DNA of 64,000 nucleotides from Squalus acanthias (lineage: Eukaryota): assembly GCA_030390025.1 (NCBI GenBank), contig CM059432.1, forward strand, positions 53,942,001 to 54,006,000, in the 5' to 3' direction. The notes under the pieces are model-generated. The model was not told where the DNA came from. It saw nothing but the letters and a program-made list of their open reading frames with translations, and made no database searches. The position numbers and the translations under genes were made by a program. Below are positions 23,480 to 34,395 of this stretch, in pieces. Numbering within the stretch: the first letter of the stretch is position 1; each line of letters opens with the position of its first letter.

Positions 23480-24310
23480 TCAATGTTTTAAAATCATGAA
23501 GGATTTGGTAGGGTGAATAAGAAATTACTGTTTTCTCTGATTTAGAAGCCAGTGAAGAGAGGTCGTCAATTTAAACTTATCACTAAAAGAGCCAGGAGAG
23601 AGGTCAGGAGACATTTCTTTATGCAGAAGGTTGTTGGAGCATGGAATGGTTTGCCAAGAGAGTGGTTAAGCCAGCGACAATGAAATACTTTGAGGGAAGA
23701 GCAGATAATTTTTTTTTATTTATTCATGGTATGTGGGCGTCGCTGGCAAGGCCAGCATTTATTACCCATCCCTAATTGACCTTGAGAAGGTGGTGAGCCG
23801 CCTTCTTGAACCACTGCAGTCCTTGTGGTGAAGATCTTATTATAGTTTCTTGTAGCGGTTTGATAGCGGTTGAGTGGCTTGCTAGATCATTTCAGAGGGC
23901 AGTTGAGAGTCAACCACATTGCTGTGGGTCTGGAGTCACATATAGGCCAGACCAGGTAAGGATGGCAGATTACCTTCCCTAAAGGACGTTAGTGAACCAG
24001 ATGGGTTTTTACGACAATCCTGTAGTTTCATGGTCACCATTACTGATACTAGCTTTTTATTCCAGATTTAAATTCCCCAGCTGCCGTGTGGTATTTGAAC
24101 TCATGTCTCCGGATCATTAGTCCAGGCCTCTGGATTACTCATCCAGTAACATAACCACTATGCTATTATACCCATAAAAAATTGAAACATAGGAATATGC
24201 AGGGCTATGGGGAGAGATCAGGGCTATGGGATTAGTTTTGAATTACTCTAGCAAAAAGCCAGCACAGACACAATGGGCCAAATGGCCTCCTGTGTTGTAA
24301 ACTTTTATGC
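23480..24310 (+). mobile_element. Old CR1 3' fragment interrupted by a SINE
   Basis: Degenerate ORF2 C-terminus at 23480-23705 resumes at ~24180 with the 3' UTR. Confidence 0.6.
23710..24173 (-). mobile_element. tRNA-derived SINE
   Basis: Minus-strand head tagcatagtgg...gagttcaaat and A-rich end; tail shared with 25465-25800 and 40235-40370. Confidence 0.7.
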
Positions 24311-24589
24311 TTCCATCGTAGCCAGGGCTAAGATTCCTCTGAGAGCTCAGATTATATCTCCGGATTAACATAGCAAGATACAAGAAGAATAGTGAGACAT
24401 GGCCATAAATGCTCACTCTATCCATTTGACGATCCAACTTCATGCACTATCCTCCCCGATTGCTAAAAAAATGACAAACAAACAGAAAAACATGACCAAC
24501 TTCAGTAGAAATTCCTCTACACTTCTCAAGTTAATCAAAAATGAGAAGTCGCACAACACCAGGTTATAGTCCAACAGATTTATTTAATT

Positions 24590-24628
24590 TTACAAGCTTT
24601 CGGAGCAGTTCGCTCCTTCGTCAGGTAA
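24590..24628 (-). ncRNA. Minimal type I hammerhead ribozyme motif (Penelope-type), structurally intact
   Basis: Minus strand TTAC-CTGACGA-A-GGAGC(gaact)GCTCC-GAAA-GCTT-GTAA, with AATAAA a few bases downstream. Confidence 0.75.
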
Positions 24629-25464
24629 GTTTAGCAGTGAGAGAATCTCCCAGAATTCACAATTTAAACACAGACAAAATATATTCAAATCTTTCCTAGT
24701 TAATCAAGTAAGCTCCAGGGGACCATGGTTATCCATATTGCATCAGTATGTGCACTTAACTAATCCCCCGACAGTAATCGCAATTCCATTAGAAACACAG
24801 GAATACATAAATATGACTGGCCTGGATAAGAAAGACAATCAAATGCCTGTACTCGTAGGGATCAATTTTCCACGCTTGCGCTCCTGACCTAGAGTTTCGC
24901 TTGCCAGGAGTCCCCAATGGGAAATCGCTCGCTTGCAGTCATAATTCTCTATCATTATAAGGTTTACAATATTTCAGTACATCTCTCCAGTCATTCAGAG
25001 GAGAAATAATCTCCCCAAATAATAATTCATGAGAAATAGTCTGGGAAAGGATAAAGCTCACAGTATAAAAATGAGGAAATCATCCATTTCAACTTTGCAA
25101 AATTAATGTATTCTCCTGTTACAAGTATTGGCTCTTACTGTACCTCTACACCTCCACTGACATTATCTTAAAGCATTACCTGGTATAGGCAATCCTAAAA
25201 TTCGGATTCAGATGGGTTTCTCAGTGAAGTTCATGACCAATATTAAATTTGAAAACCTTAAGGAAGGGAGCCATTCTTTAACTTGCAAATCTTGGAATAT
25301 TCTGAGAACAAATGTCCATAAAACTTTCTTTGATTTAGTTGAAAATATTTTGCCCACCTTACGGCCACAGAATTTAGCCAAATTATCTCAACCAGTTGCT
25401 TTGTAGTTTTGTTTTTACCTGCTCAAACCAAGAAGATCTAATCTAGGACATAGGGACTAGGCTC

Positions 25465-25800
25465 TTTTTTTAAATTTGTTCTTGAGATGTGAGCGATGCT
25501 GGCAAGGCCACATTTATTGCTCATCCCTTATTGTTCTAAGAAGGTAGTTGTGGTGGGCCTTCTCCTTGAACCGCTGATGTCATTGTGCTGATGATAGCCC
25601 CACAATGGTGTCAGGTAGGGAATTCCAGGATTTTGCCCCAGCGACAATGAAGGAATGGAAATATATGTCCAAGTCAGGATGGTGGGTTATTTGTGAAGGA
25701 AATTGGAGGTGATGGTGTTTACACAATATTGCTGCTTTTGTCTTTCTCTGTGGTAGATGTCACAGGGGAATGAGGTGCTGTTGAAGTAACCTTGGCTCAT
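25465..25800 (-). mobile_element. 3' fragment of a non-LTR element sharing its tail with the 23710 SINE
   Basis: gctggcaaggcc.catttattgctcatccc...cttgaaccgctg shared with 23740-23820, then diverges. Confidence 0.55.
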
Positions 25801-28181
25801 CCACATATATAGTTGGAAACCTTGATTTGTCTACTTGGAAGATTTGCAACCAGTACATTATTAGTCTCAAATCAGTGAGGACCAAGAAAAAAAATGAACC
25901 ATCACTCGAGAGCAGCATCCTGATATCGAACTCTAAAAACTGTCTCAGAAAAATATTTTGTGTGATTTCTAAATTGAACTTCTGCTTTGAACATAATAGC
26001 ATGGTTATGTTTTGCAGCCCTGTGTGGTAAAATAAATAGGTCTTTTGCTTTGAAAACCTTAGGGAAAGATCCAAACCTGATTGCGGCCCACCAAGTACCT
26101 TAAACTGATTAGCAACTCTTGGATCCAGCCCAATCTGGCAGGGGTATGGACACCAGGATGTAGCATTAGAAAGGAGGAACAAAGTGCACAAAGGATTAGG
26201 AGAGACAGATAGCACTAGAGTACGAAATAGTAAGGTATTCGGTGGGGTCAGACTAAGAGAGAATGCAAGAAGGCCTAAGATAGGTTTACAGTGCATGTGT
26301 GTAAACGCACTTAGTGTGGTAAATAAGATTGGTGAGCTGCAGGCGTAAATAGCCACATGGGAATATGATGTCGTGGCGATAACGGAGACCTGGCTCAAAA
26401 AAGGACAGGATTGGATACTAAATATTCCTGGATATAGGGTGTTCAGGAAAGATAGGGAAGGAAGGAAAGAAAGGAGGTAGGGTGGCTGTATTGGTTAAGG
26501 AGAATGTTACAGTGCTGGAGAGAGAGGATGTCCCGGAGGGGTCAGGACAGAATCTATCTGGTTAGAGTTAAGAAATAATAGAGGTGCCATTACACAACTA
26601 GGTGTATTCTATAGGCTACCAACTAGTGGGAAAGATATAGAGGAGTAAATTTGCAGGGAAATTACAGAGAGCTGCAAGAACTATAGAGTAGTGATAATAG
26701 GGGACTTTAATAATCCTAATATAGACTGGGATAGTAATAGTGTAAAGGGTAGAGAGGGGGAAGAATTTCTGAAGTGTGTTCAGGAGAACTTTCTTGATTA
26801 GTGCGTTTCCAACCCATCGAGGAAGGAGGCATTGCTGGATCTGGTTCTGGGGAATGAGGTGGGTCAAGTGAAGCAAGTGTCAGTAAGGGAACATTTAAAA
26901 AATAGTGATCATAGTATCATAAGGTTTAGATTATCTATGGAAAAGGACAGGGAGTAATCTAGAGTAAAAATACTTAATTGGAAGAAGGCAAATTTCAGTG
27001 GGTTGAGAATGGATCTGACCTGGGTAAATTGGAATCAAAGATTGGCAGGCAAAACTTTATTCGAACAATGGGCTGCCTTTAAAGAGGAGATGGTTCGGGT
27101 AAAGTCGAGGTACATTCCCACGAGGGGGAAAGGTAGGGCAACCAAAACCAGAGCTCCCTGGATGACGAAAGAGATAGAGACTAAGATGAAGCAGAAAAAG
27201 GGGGCGTATGACAAATGTCAGGTTGAGAATACAAGTGAGAATCAGGCTGAATATAGAAAGTTCAGAGGGGAAGTGAAAAAGAAGATAAGAGGGGCAAAGA
27301 GAGAGTATCAGAATAGATTGGCAGCTAACATAAAAGGGAATTCAAAAGTCTTCTACAGGTAAATAAATAGTAAACAGGTAGTAAGAGGAGGGGTGGGGCC
27401 AATTAGGGACCAAAAAGGAGACCTACGCATGGAGGCAGAGGGCATGGCTGAGGTACTAAATGAGTACTTTGCATCTGTCTTCACCAAGGAAGAAGATGCT
27501 GCCAAACTCATAGTAAAAGAGGAGGTAATGGAGATACTGGATGAGATAAAAATTGATAAAGAGGAGGTACTAGAAAGGCTGTCTGTACTTAAAGTTGCTA
27601 AGTCACCAGGACCGGCTGGGATGCATCCTAGGATGCTGAGGGAAGTTAAGGAGGAAATTGCTGAGGTACTGGCCATAATCTTCCAATCCTCCTTGGATAC
27701 GGGGGTGGTGCCAGAGGACTGGAGCATTGCAAATGTTACACCTGTAAGATTTGGATCACAGGCCACACACACATTACCCAAAGGGTCTTAGGATTTGTAA
27801 GGCTTTTTATTAAAGAGCTAGGGGGAAAAATTAAGTATTGACCCGTTTGGGGCGCCATTATCGGGCGTGCGCAAAGTTTAGCGCCTGGCGCTGATTATCG
27901 CCTCCGACTGCAAACTTGACTTTTATCGCCCCTGGAGGTGATTGGAGCACTAAATCAGGTGCTACACACCTGTCTTAAGGCGCAAAGGCTGAGGAGCGAT
28001 GCGCTAACTCAGAGCGTGGGCGCAGCGCAGGTGCTGTCAGTTAGCAATGGAACACAGACACACTGGCGCCGGACAGTTCTTAAAGGGGAGGGTCGATCTT
28101 GCTCTCCAGCCACACCCTGCTCATTGGAGCCTTGAATCTCGGCCTGGAGAGACCTGTGCCTAAATCTTCCAGCCAAGGACT

Positions 28182-30103
28182 ATAGAGAGGGTGAGAGAAC
28201 GAGCTCAGCGCTTCAGCAAGCGGGCCTTGGATGCTCTGGTTGGCGCGGTGGAGCGCAGAAGATCTATACTCTTCCCTGAGAGTGGCAGGAGGCCTTTGCC
28301 GCGCGAGTACAGAAGAGTGTGGAGGGAGGTGGCTCAGAGCGTCTCCTCCAGGAGCATGGTGCCCAGGACCCATACTCAATGTCGAAAAAAGTTCAACGAC
28401 CTCACTCGGGTCGTCAGGGTGAGTGGCTTTTTTTCAAACCTCTCCATCCCTCCATCTCAACCTCACTCTGTGGCCAGAGGGTCTTAAAACCCCAATGCCC
28501 AACACTCATTCAACACCTATGGCCCTCTCATGAAACACACACGCACATTCCACACTTTGCATACAGTAAGGGCTATTCACCGATGGGAGACACATCAGGC
28601 AAGACCATGGCTGCGTACAGTAAGGGCTATTCACCTATGGGAGGCACATCAGGCAAGACCATGGCTGCATACAGTAAGGGCTATTCACCTATGGGAGGCA
28701 CATCAGGCAAGACAATGGCTGCATACAGTAAGGGCTATTCACCCATGGGAGGCACGTCAGGCAAGACCATGGCTGTATATTTACTCAGACGCCATCCTTT
28801 TTCTTGCAGGCCAAGCTATCTCATAATAGGAGACAGCAGCAACGGACAGGCGGAGGGCGGCCTCAGATGCAACCCCTCAGCGATCTTGAGGCGCACGTCC
28901 ACAGGATTGTGGCAAGCCAGGTGATCAGTCCTGTCACCCCTGGAGAGGCCGACCCCGTTCGGGACAGCAATGGTAAGGTGATCACCTTTTTCTCCTCTCT
29001 CCTTCCACTTGTCCCTCACAACACCAGCCTTTGACACTTTCAATCCAACTTACTAAATCGCTGCACTCATTCCTCCTTTACTGCTCCCCTGTCCTCATGC
29101 TAAAGCCACTCTTGTACCTCCCTGCATTCAGATGGTGATTCACCAGCTGAGGAGACGGGCCCTCAAGCTGCCAGTGGGAGTGAAGCTGCAGGCTAGGAGG
29201 AAGATGAAGCCAGAGCATCAGTGCCACCCTCTCCCGAGGAAGCCCATGCCCACACTGGGAACACATCTTCCCTGGAGGGGAGCAGGGGGGAAGGGTCTGA
29301 TGAGGGTGAAGTTCCAGGACCTAGCGGGCTGCAGCAACGCGATGGGGGTAGGGAAGCTCGGGAGCCTTCTCCCCGGAGGGAGAGTAGGCCAGCGAGTCCT
29401 GCTGCACTGGACGCAGAGGAGGAGCGGCTCATCGCTGAAATGAACACCCAGGCGGTGGACATGCAAACTGAGCTCATGGGTGCAGTGGGAAGAGTACCCG
29501 AATGCATTGAATCACTGGCAAGGAGTGTGGAGCACTTCGCTGTAGCACAGGCGGATGCCACGCTAAAGCTTTCTGCTGCAATTCCGTCACTGGCTGCCAT
29601 GACCCCATCTCAGACTGCTTTCATGCAGACTCAGATTGAGGTCACGCAAGCACTGGCTGCTGCCATTCTCGCTGGTTCGGACACATTTCCCCGGGGCTCT
29701 CACAGCAGCAGGCCAGCAATCTGTGCTCCAGCAGATTGCTTCGGATGCTGAAGTGCTGCCCCGTGGGAGTGCCAGTGTGTCGGTCGAGCAGGGAGTTGCT
29801 GTCCTCTCTCAAGATGACAGCATTCCTGCTGCCACCACTGTCACTTCTCCATTGCACTTGCCACCGCCTGTAGGCCAGACTGCTGCCGCCCATGCAGAGT
29901 TGGTGCAGTCTGCAGCCAGGCTCTCCAGGCCCAGAGCTGGTCGAGGCCGTCCTTCAAGGGCAGCTGCAGTCTCAGGTTCTGACAATCAGCAGCCTTCCAC
30001 CAGCCTTGCTGCAGCCACTGGGGCCCCATTACGGAGGAGAAGTAGGGTGGGAAGGGGGGAAGTGCGCAAGGGAAGAAGATCACCCTCGAAGGGCAAAAAG
30101 TAG
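28182..30103 (+). pseudogene. Harbinger Myb/SANT DNA-binding gene; exons 28182-28418, 28810-28972, 29132-30103
   Basis: RERAQRFSKRALDALV...WREVAQSVSS...RTHTQCRKKFNDL; canonical GT-AG introns in phases 0 and 1. Probable ATG>ATA start, TAG at 29194, frameshift near 29695. Confidence 0.85.
28558..28777. repeat. 54-bp tandem repeat, 4 copies, inside Myb intron 1
   Basis: Unit tgcatacagtaagggctattcacc(g/t/c)atgggagrcacrtcaggcaagaccatggc. Confidence 0.95.
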
Positions 30104-30412
30104 GAGGTGTGACAAAATGTTTGTCAATTTTTTATTAAAGGCCGAGGTTCGTGGTCAAACATTTGTTTAGTGTTTTGGACATTATCTCCAGGTTGTGAGA
30201 ACCAGTTATGTTAATGACTTTTTTTGTGTTTCTTTCTATTAGTTTGTCATGAAGAAATGACACACACACAGTTTCTAAAATAAATAATTTTTTGTATTCA
30301 AAATGTACATGTTTGGTCTTTGGAGTCATTGTTGCCTTGGCCGGCTTAGGGGTTGTGGGTTGGTTTCATTCATGTTGTTCTCAATGGCAGAAGCCATTTC
30401 CTCAGTAGGGGC

Positions 30413-31573
30413 CTAGAAGCGGCTTGCTATCAGCCGTTGATGGACGGCCCTTCCAGTTTCAAGATTGTGGGCCTCCCTCCCGCCTTGGTGCTGCTGCTGA
30501 TCATCCTCCTCCTCTTCCTCCTCCTCTTCCTCCTCCTCCTCCGGTGGTGCTCCAAGGCCTGGTGGCATTGACTGGGTCCTGAGATTTACCAGGTTATGCA
30601 GCATGCAGCACACAACTGTGAAGAGGGAGACTCGCTCAGGCGAGTACTGCAGGGCTCCTCCTGGGTGGTCCAGGCAGCGGAACCGTTGCTTGAGCACGCC
30701 GATTGTGTGCTCAACGATGTTCCTGTTGGCGAGATGACTCTCGTTGTACCGCAGCTCAGCAGGGGTGTTGGGGGTACGGAGCAGTGTCATCAGCCAGGTG
30801 CAGAGTGGATAACCCTTGTCCCTGAGAAGCCAACCACTTGGGTGATGCGGTGCCTGGAAAAGTCTGCCACAGTAGTCTAGCGCAGGATGAATGCATCGTG
30901 GCTGCTGCCAGGATAGCGGGCATTGACAGCGAGTATCAGCTGTCTGTGGTCACAGACCAACTGGACGTTTAGGGAGTGGAATCCCTTTTGGTTGCGGAAA
31001 TCCTCTGCATTCTCACGCGGTGCACGCAATGCCACATGCGTGCAGTCAATGGCACCCTGCACCATGGGGAAGCCCGCTATCCTCGCAAAGCCCAATGCGC
31101 GTTCATGCTGTTTGGCCCGGGTCATCGGGAAAGAGATGTACTGTCGTCTCCTTTTATAGACGGCATTTGTGACCTGACGGATGCAGCGATGGACAGCGAA
31201 CTGGGAGATATTGGCGATGTCCCCAGTAGGTGCTTGAAAGGAGCCGGTGGCATAAAAGTTCAGAGCCACTGTGACCTTCACTGCCACCGACAGAGACGTC
31301 CTGGTCCTCAGTTGAGGCTGCAGATCTGGCTGCAGCAGGTGGCAGAGCTCAGTGACCACCTCCTTGCTGAAGCGCAGCCTTCACAAACACTGCTCCTCAG
31401 ACATATTAATGTAGGAGAATTGTTCCTGCAATACCCTGGGAGGGTAAGGTCTCCTGTACAGAGGCCTGTTGGCCCTCCTCCATCTGGCCATGATTGCCAC
31501 TCTCTCTCTGCATCTCTGTGGCCTCCGAATCTGCCGGCACAGGACGACACCCCCAATCAGTGCAGCCCCCAAA
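30413..31573 (-). pseudogene. Harbinger (HARBI1-like) DDE transposase with stops and frameshifts
   Basis: [45 protein letters not shown]...[24 protein letters not shown]. Confidence 0.93.
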
Positions 31574-33443
31574 GTCTCTTGGCAATCAAAGTAATGAAGG
31601 TCAAAAACAAAAGTACCTGCAAAGTGATGCTCAGTAGCCAAAACTACTTCACACAGCGTTGACTCTATATAGAAGTCTCTCCTTCTCTCTCTCAGAATCT
31701 CTCTCTCTGTCAGAACGAGTGGTGCAAAAATGTCTACCACAGAAAAAGTCAGGAAGAGGCCGCATTTAAATAGCGCCCCCCCACCCTCACCCCCGCCAGC
31801 CCCACAGCGACTGGGAAATGTTCCAGTCTACCTGTCGTTGCTTGCGCCAGGTGGACAGGAGGGGGGCGCCACTCAATATCCGCTCCGGGGCGCCACAAGG
31901 GCGTTGCACGCTTGAATGACGTCAAGATCTGCGTGCGCAGGAGATTGGGGCGGTATTGTTTAGCGCCGCCGCAAAATGTCTGGTCAATTTCGCGAGCGGC
32001 ACAGATATCGCCGCGCCCAGGCGCTAGTTGCTTTGTCCCCAATTAGCTCCGTCTTAAGGTGCTAACGGGAGGTGCAAACCAACTGAATTTTTCCCCCCTA
32101 CAGTTTAAAGTATAATCAGATATTACATGTGGTTAAGATAAGTATAATAGACATACAACCCGTGTCATTAGAGAGTGATCTACGACCCCCGAAGCGGAAT
32201 GCCATGAGCGGAAAAGGGTTTAAGGATAAACCCAGCAACTACAGGCCAGTCAGTTTAACCTCAGTAATGGGGAAGCTTTTAGAAATGATAATCAGGGACA
32301 AAGTTAACAGTACTTGGACGAGTGTGGACTAATTAAGGAAAGCCAGCACGGATTTGTTAAAGGCAAATTGTGTTTAACTAACTTGATCGAGTTTTTTGAT
32401 GAGGTTACAGAGAGGGTTGATGAGGGCAATGCGGTTGATGTGGTGCACATGGACATCCAAAAGGCGTTTGATAAAATGCCACATAATCAGCTTGTCAGCA
32501 AAGTTGAAGCCCATGGAATAAAATTGGCTAGGTGACAGGAAATAGAGAGTAGTGGTGAACGGTTGTTTTTCGGACTGGAGGAAGTTATACAGTGGTGTTC
32601 CCCAGGGGTCGGTACTAGGACCACTACTTTTCTTGATATATATTAATGACTTGGACTTGGGTGTACAGGGCACAATTTCAAAATTTGCAGATGACACAAA
32701 ACTTGGAAGTATAGTGAACAGTGAGGAGGATAGTGATAGACTTCAAGAGGACATAGACAGGCTGGTGAAATGGGCAGACACGTGGCAGATGAAATTTAAT
32801 GCAGAAAAGTGCCAAGTGATACATTTTGGCAGGAAGAACGAGGGGAGGCATTATAAACTAAAGGGTACAATCCTAAAGGGGGTGCATGAACAGGGAAACC
32901 TGGGGGTATATGTGCACAAATCATTGAAGGTGGCTGGGCAGCTTGAGAAAGCAGTTAATAAAGCATACAGGATCCTGGGCTTCATAAATAGAGGCATAGA
33001 ATACAAAAGCAAGGAAGTTATGATGAACCTTTATAAAACACTGGTTCAGCCTCAGCTGGAGTATTGTGTCCAACTTTAGGAAGGATGTGAAACTGAGCGG
33101 CGGACCTGCGAGAGGCACAGAGTCAGCAAGAGGAGGATAAAAAGAGTGTGGAGAGGAGGCCTGGGACCGGAGCTGAGCAGCGGACCTGCGAGAGGCACAG
33201 AGTCAGCGAGAGGAGAGAGAGAAGTAAAAAGTAATCGAAGTGTGACGTCACCAGAAAGCAGGTAAGTGATTGGTAGGTGAGTATTTTTCTCTTTCTCGCT
33301 TTTTTCAAAACTTAATTTTTGTGGTTTATAGTTTCTAGGGTCTCTGTTGTGTACTGGGGAGTGCTGAGTATATCATTTAATTGTAGTGTAATTAGAGGTA
33401 TTGATTTGATTTAATTTAATTTGAATTAATTAAAGGGTATGTC

Positions 33444-34393
33444 ATGGCAGCACAGCTCGGCCCCATAGCATGCTCCTCCTGCACTATGTGGGGAATCAGG
33501 GACACGTCCTGTGTCCCTGACGACCATGTGTGCGGGAAGTGTATCCAGCTGCAGCTACTGACAGACCGCATTGTGGCGCTGGAGCTGCGAATGGATACAT
33601 ACTGGAGCATTCGCGATGCTGAGCACATCGTGGATAACACGTTTAAGGAGTTGGTCACACCGCAGGTAAAGGCTGCACAGGCAGGATGGGAATGGGTGAC
33701 CACCAGGCAGAGTAGTAGGCGCAGGCAGGTAGTGCAGGGGTCCCCTGTGGCCATCCCCCTTTCAAACAGATATACCACTTTGGATATTGTTGAGGGGATG
33801 GCTTATCGGGGGAAGGCAGCAGCAGCCAACTTCCTGGCACCATGGGTGGTCCTGCTGCACAGGACAGGAGGTAAAAAAGCGGGAGAGCTATAGTGATAGG
33901 GGCTTCTATTGTAAGGGGAATAGATAGGCGTTTCTGCGGCCGCAAACGAGACTCCAGGATGGTATGTTGCCTCCCTGGTGCAAGGGCCAAGGATGTCTCG
34001 GAGCGACTGCAGGGCATTCTGGAGGGGGAGAGTGAACAGCCAGTTGTCATGGTGCATATAGGTACCAACGATATAGGTAAAAAACGGGATGAGGTCCTAA
34101 AAGCTGAATATAGGGAGTTAGGAGATAAATTAAAAAATAGGACCTCAAAGGTAGTAATCTCAGGATTGCTACCAGTGCCATGTGCTAGTCAGAGTAGAAA
34201 TAGAAGGATATTTCAGATGAATACGTGGCTAGAGGAATGGTGCAAGGGGGAGGGATTCAAATTCCTGGGACATTGGAACCAGTTCTGGGGGAGGTGGGAC
34301 CAGTACAAACTGGACGGTTTGCAACTGGGCAGGACCGGAACCGATGTCCTAGGGGGAGTGTTTGCTAGTGCTGTTGGGGAGGGTTTAAACTAA
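33444..34393 (+). pseudogene. CR1 ORF1p (Zn finger/leucine zipper + SGNH esterase), one frameshift near 33795
   Basis: CSSC...CGKC, coiled coil, IG(D>A)SIVRGID, CCLPGA, VHIGTND, DGL(H>Q)L. Confidence 0.88.
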
Positions 34394-34395
34394 AA

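Larger units (their letters stand above)
27821..32097. mobile_element. Structurally complete PIF/Harbinger DNA transposon (4277 bp)
   Basis: TIR gggggaaaaatt/aatttttccccc, TSD CTA, Myb/SANT gene (+) convergent on a HARBI1-like transposase (-). Confidence 0.93.
27743..32211. mobile_element. Short LTR-like insertion (27743-27820 + 32098-32211) that received the Harbinger
   Basis: Non-CR1 sequence that begins TGTAAG and has a minus-strand AATAAA (tttatt ~27806); interrupts CR1 ORF2. Confidence 0.4.

Noticed and set aside
24417..24462. Possible minus-strand exon with a good pyrimidine tract and gtgagc donor
   Set aside because: Stops in all frames as an internal exon; the flank looks like a repeat tail.
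28319..28924. 201-aa repetitive ORF (AAYSKGYSPMGGTSGKTM)n
   Set aside because: Product of the intronic 54-bp tandem repeat; overlaps the real Myb exons in other frames.
30413..31573. Host HARBI1 gene
   Set aside because: Disrupted and enclosed by TIRs and a TSD, so it is a transposon copy; no gene symbol assigned.
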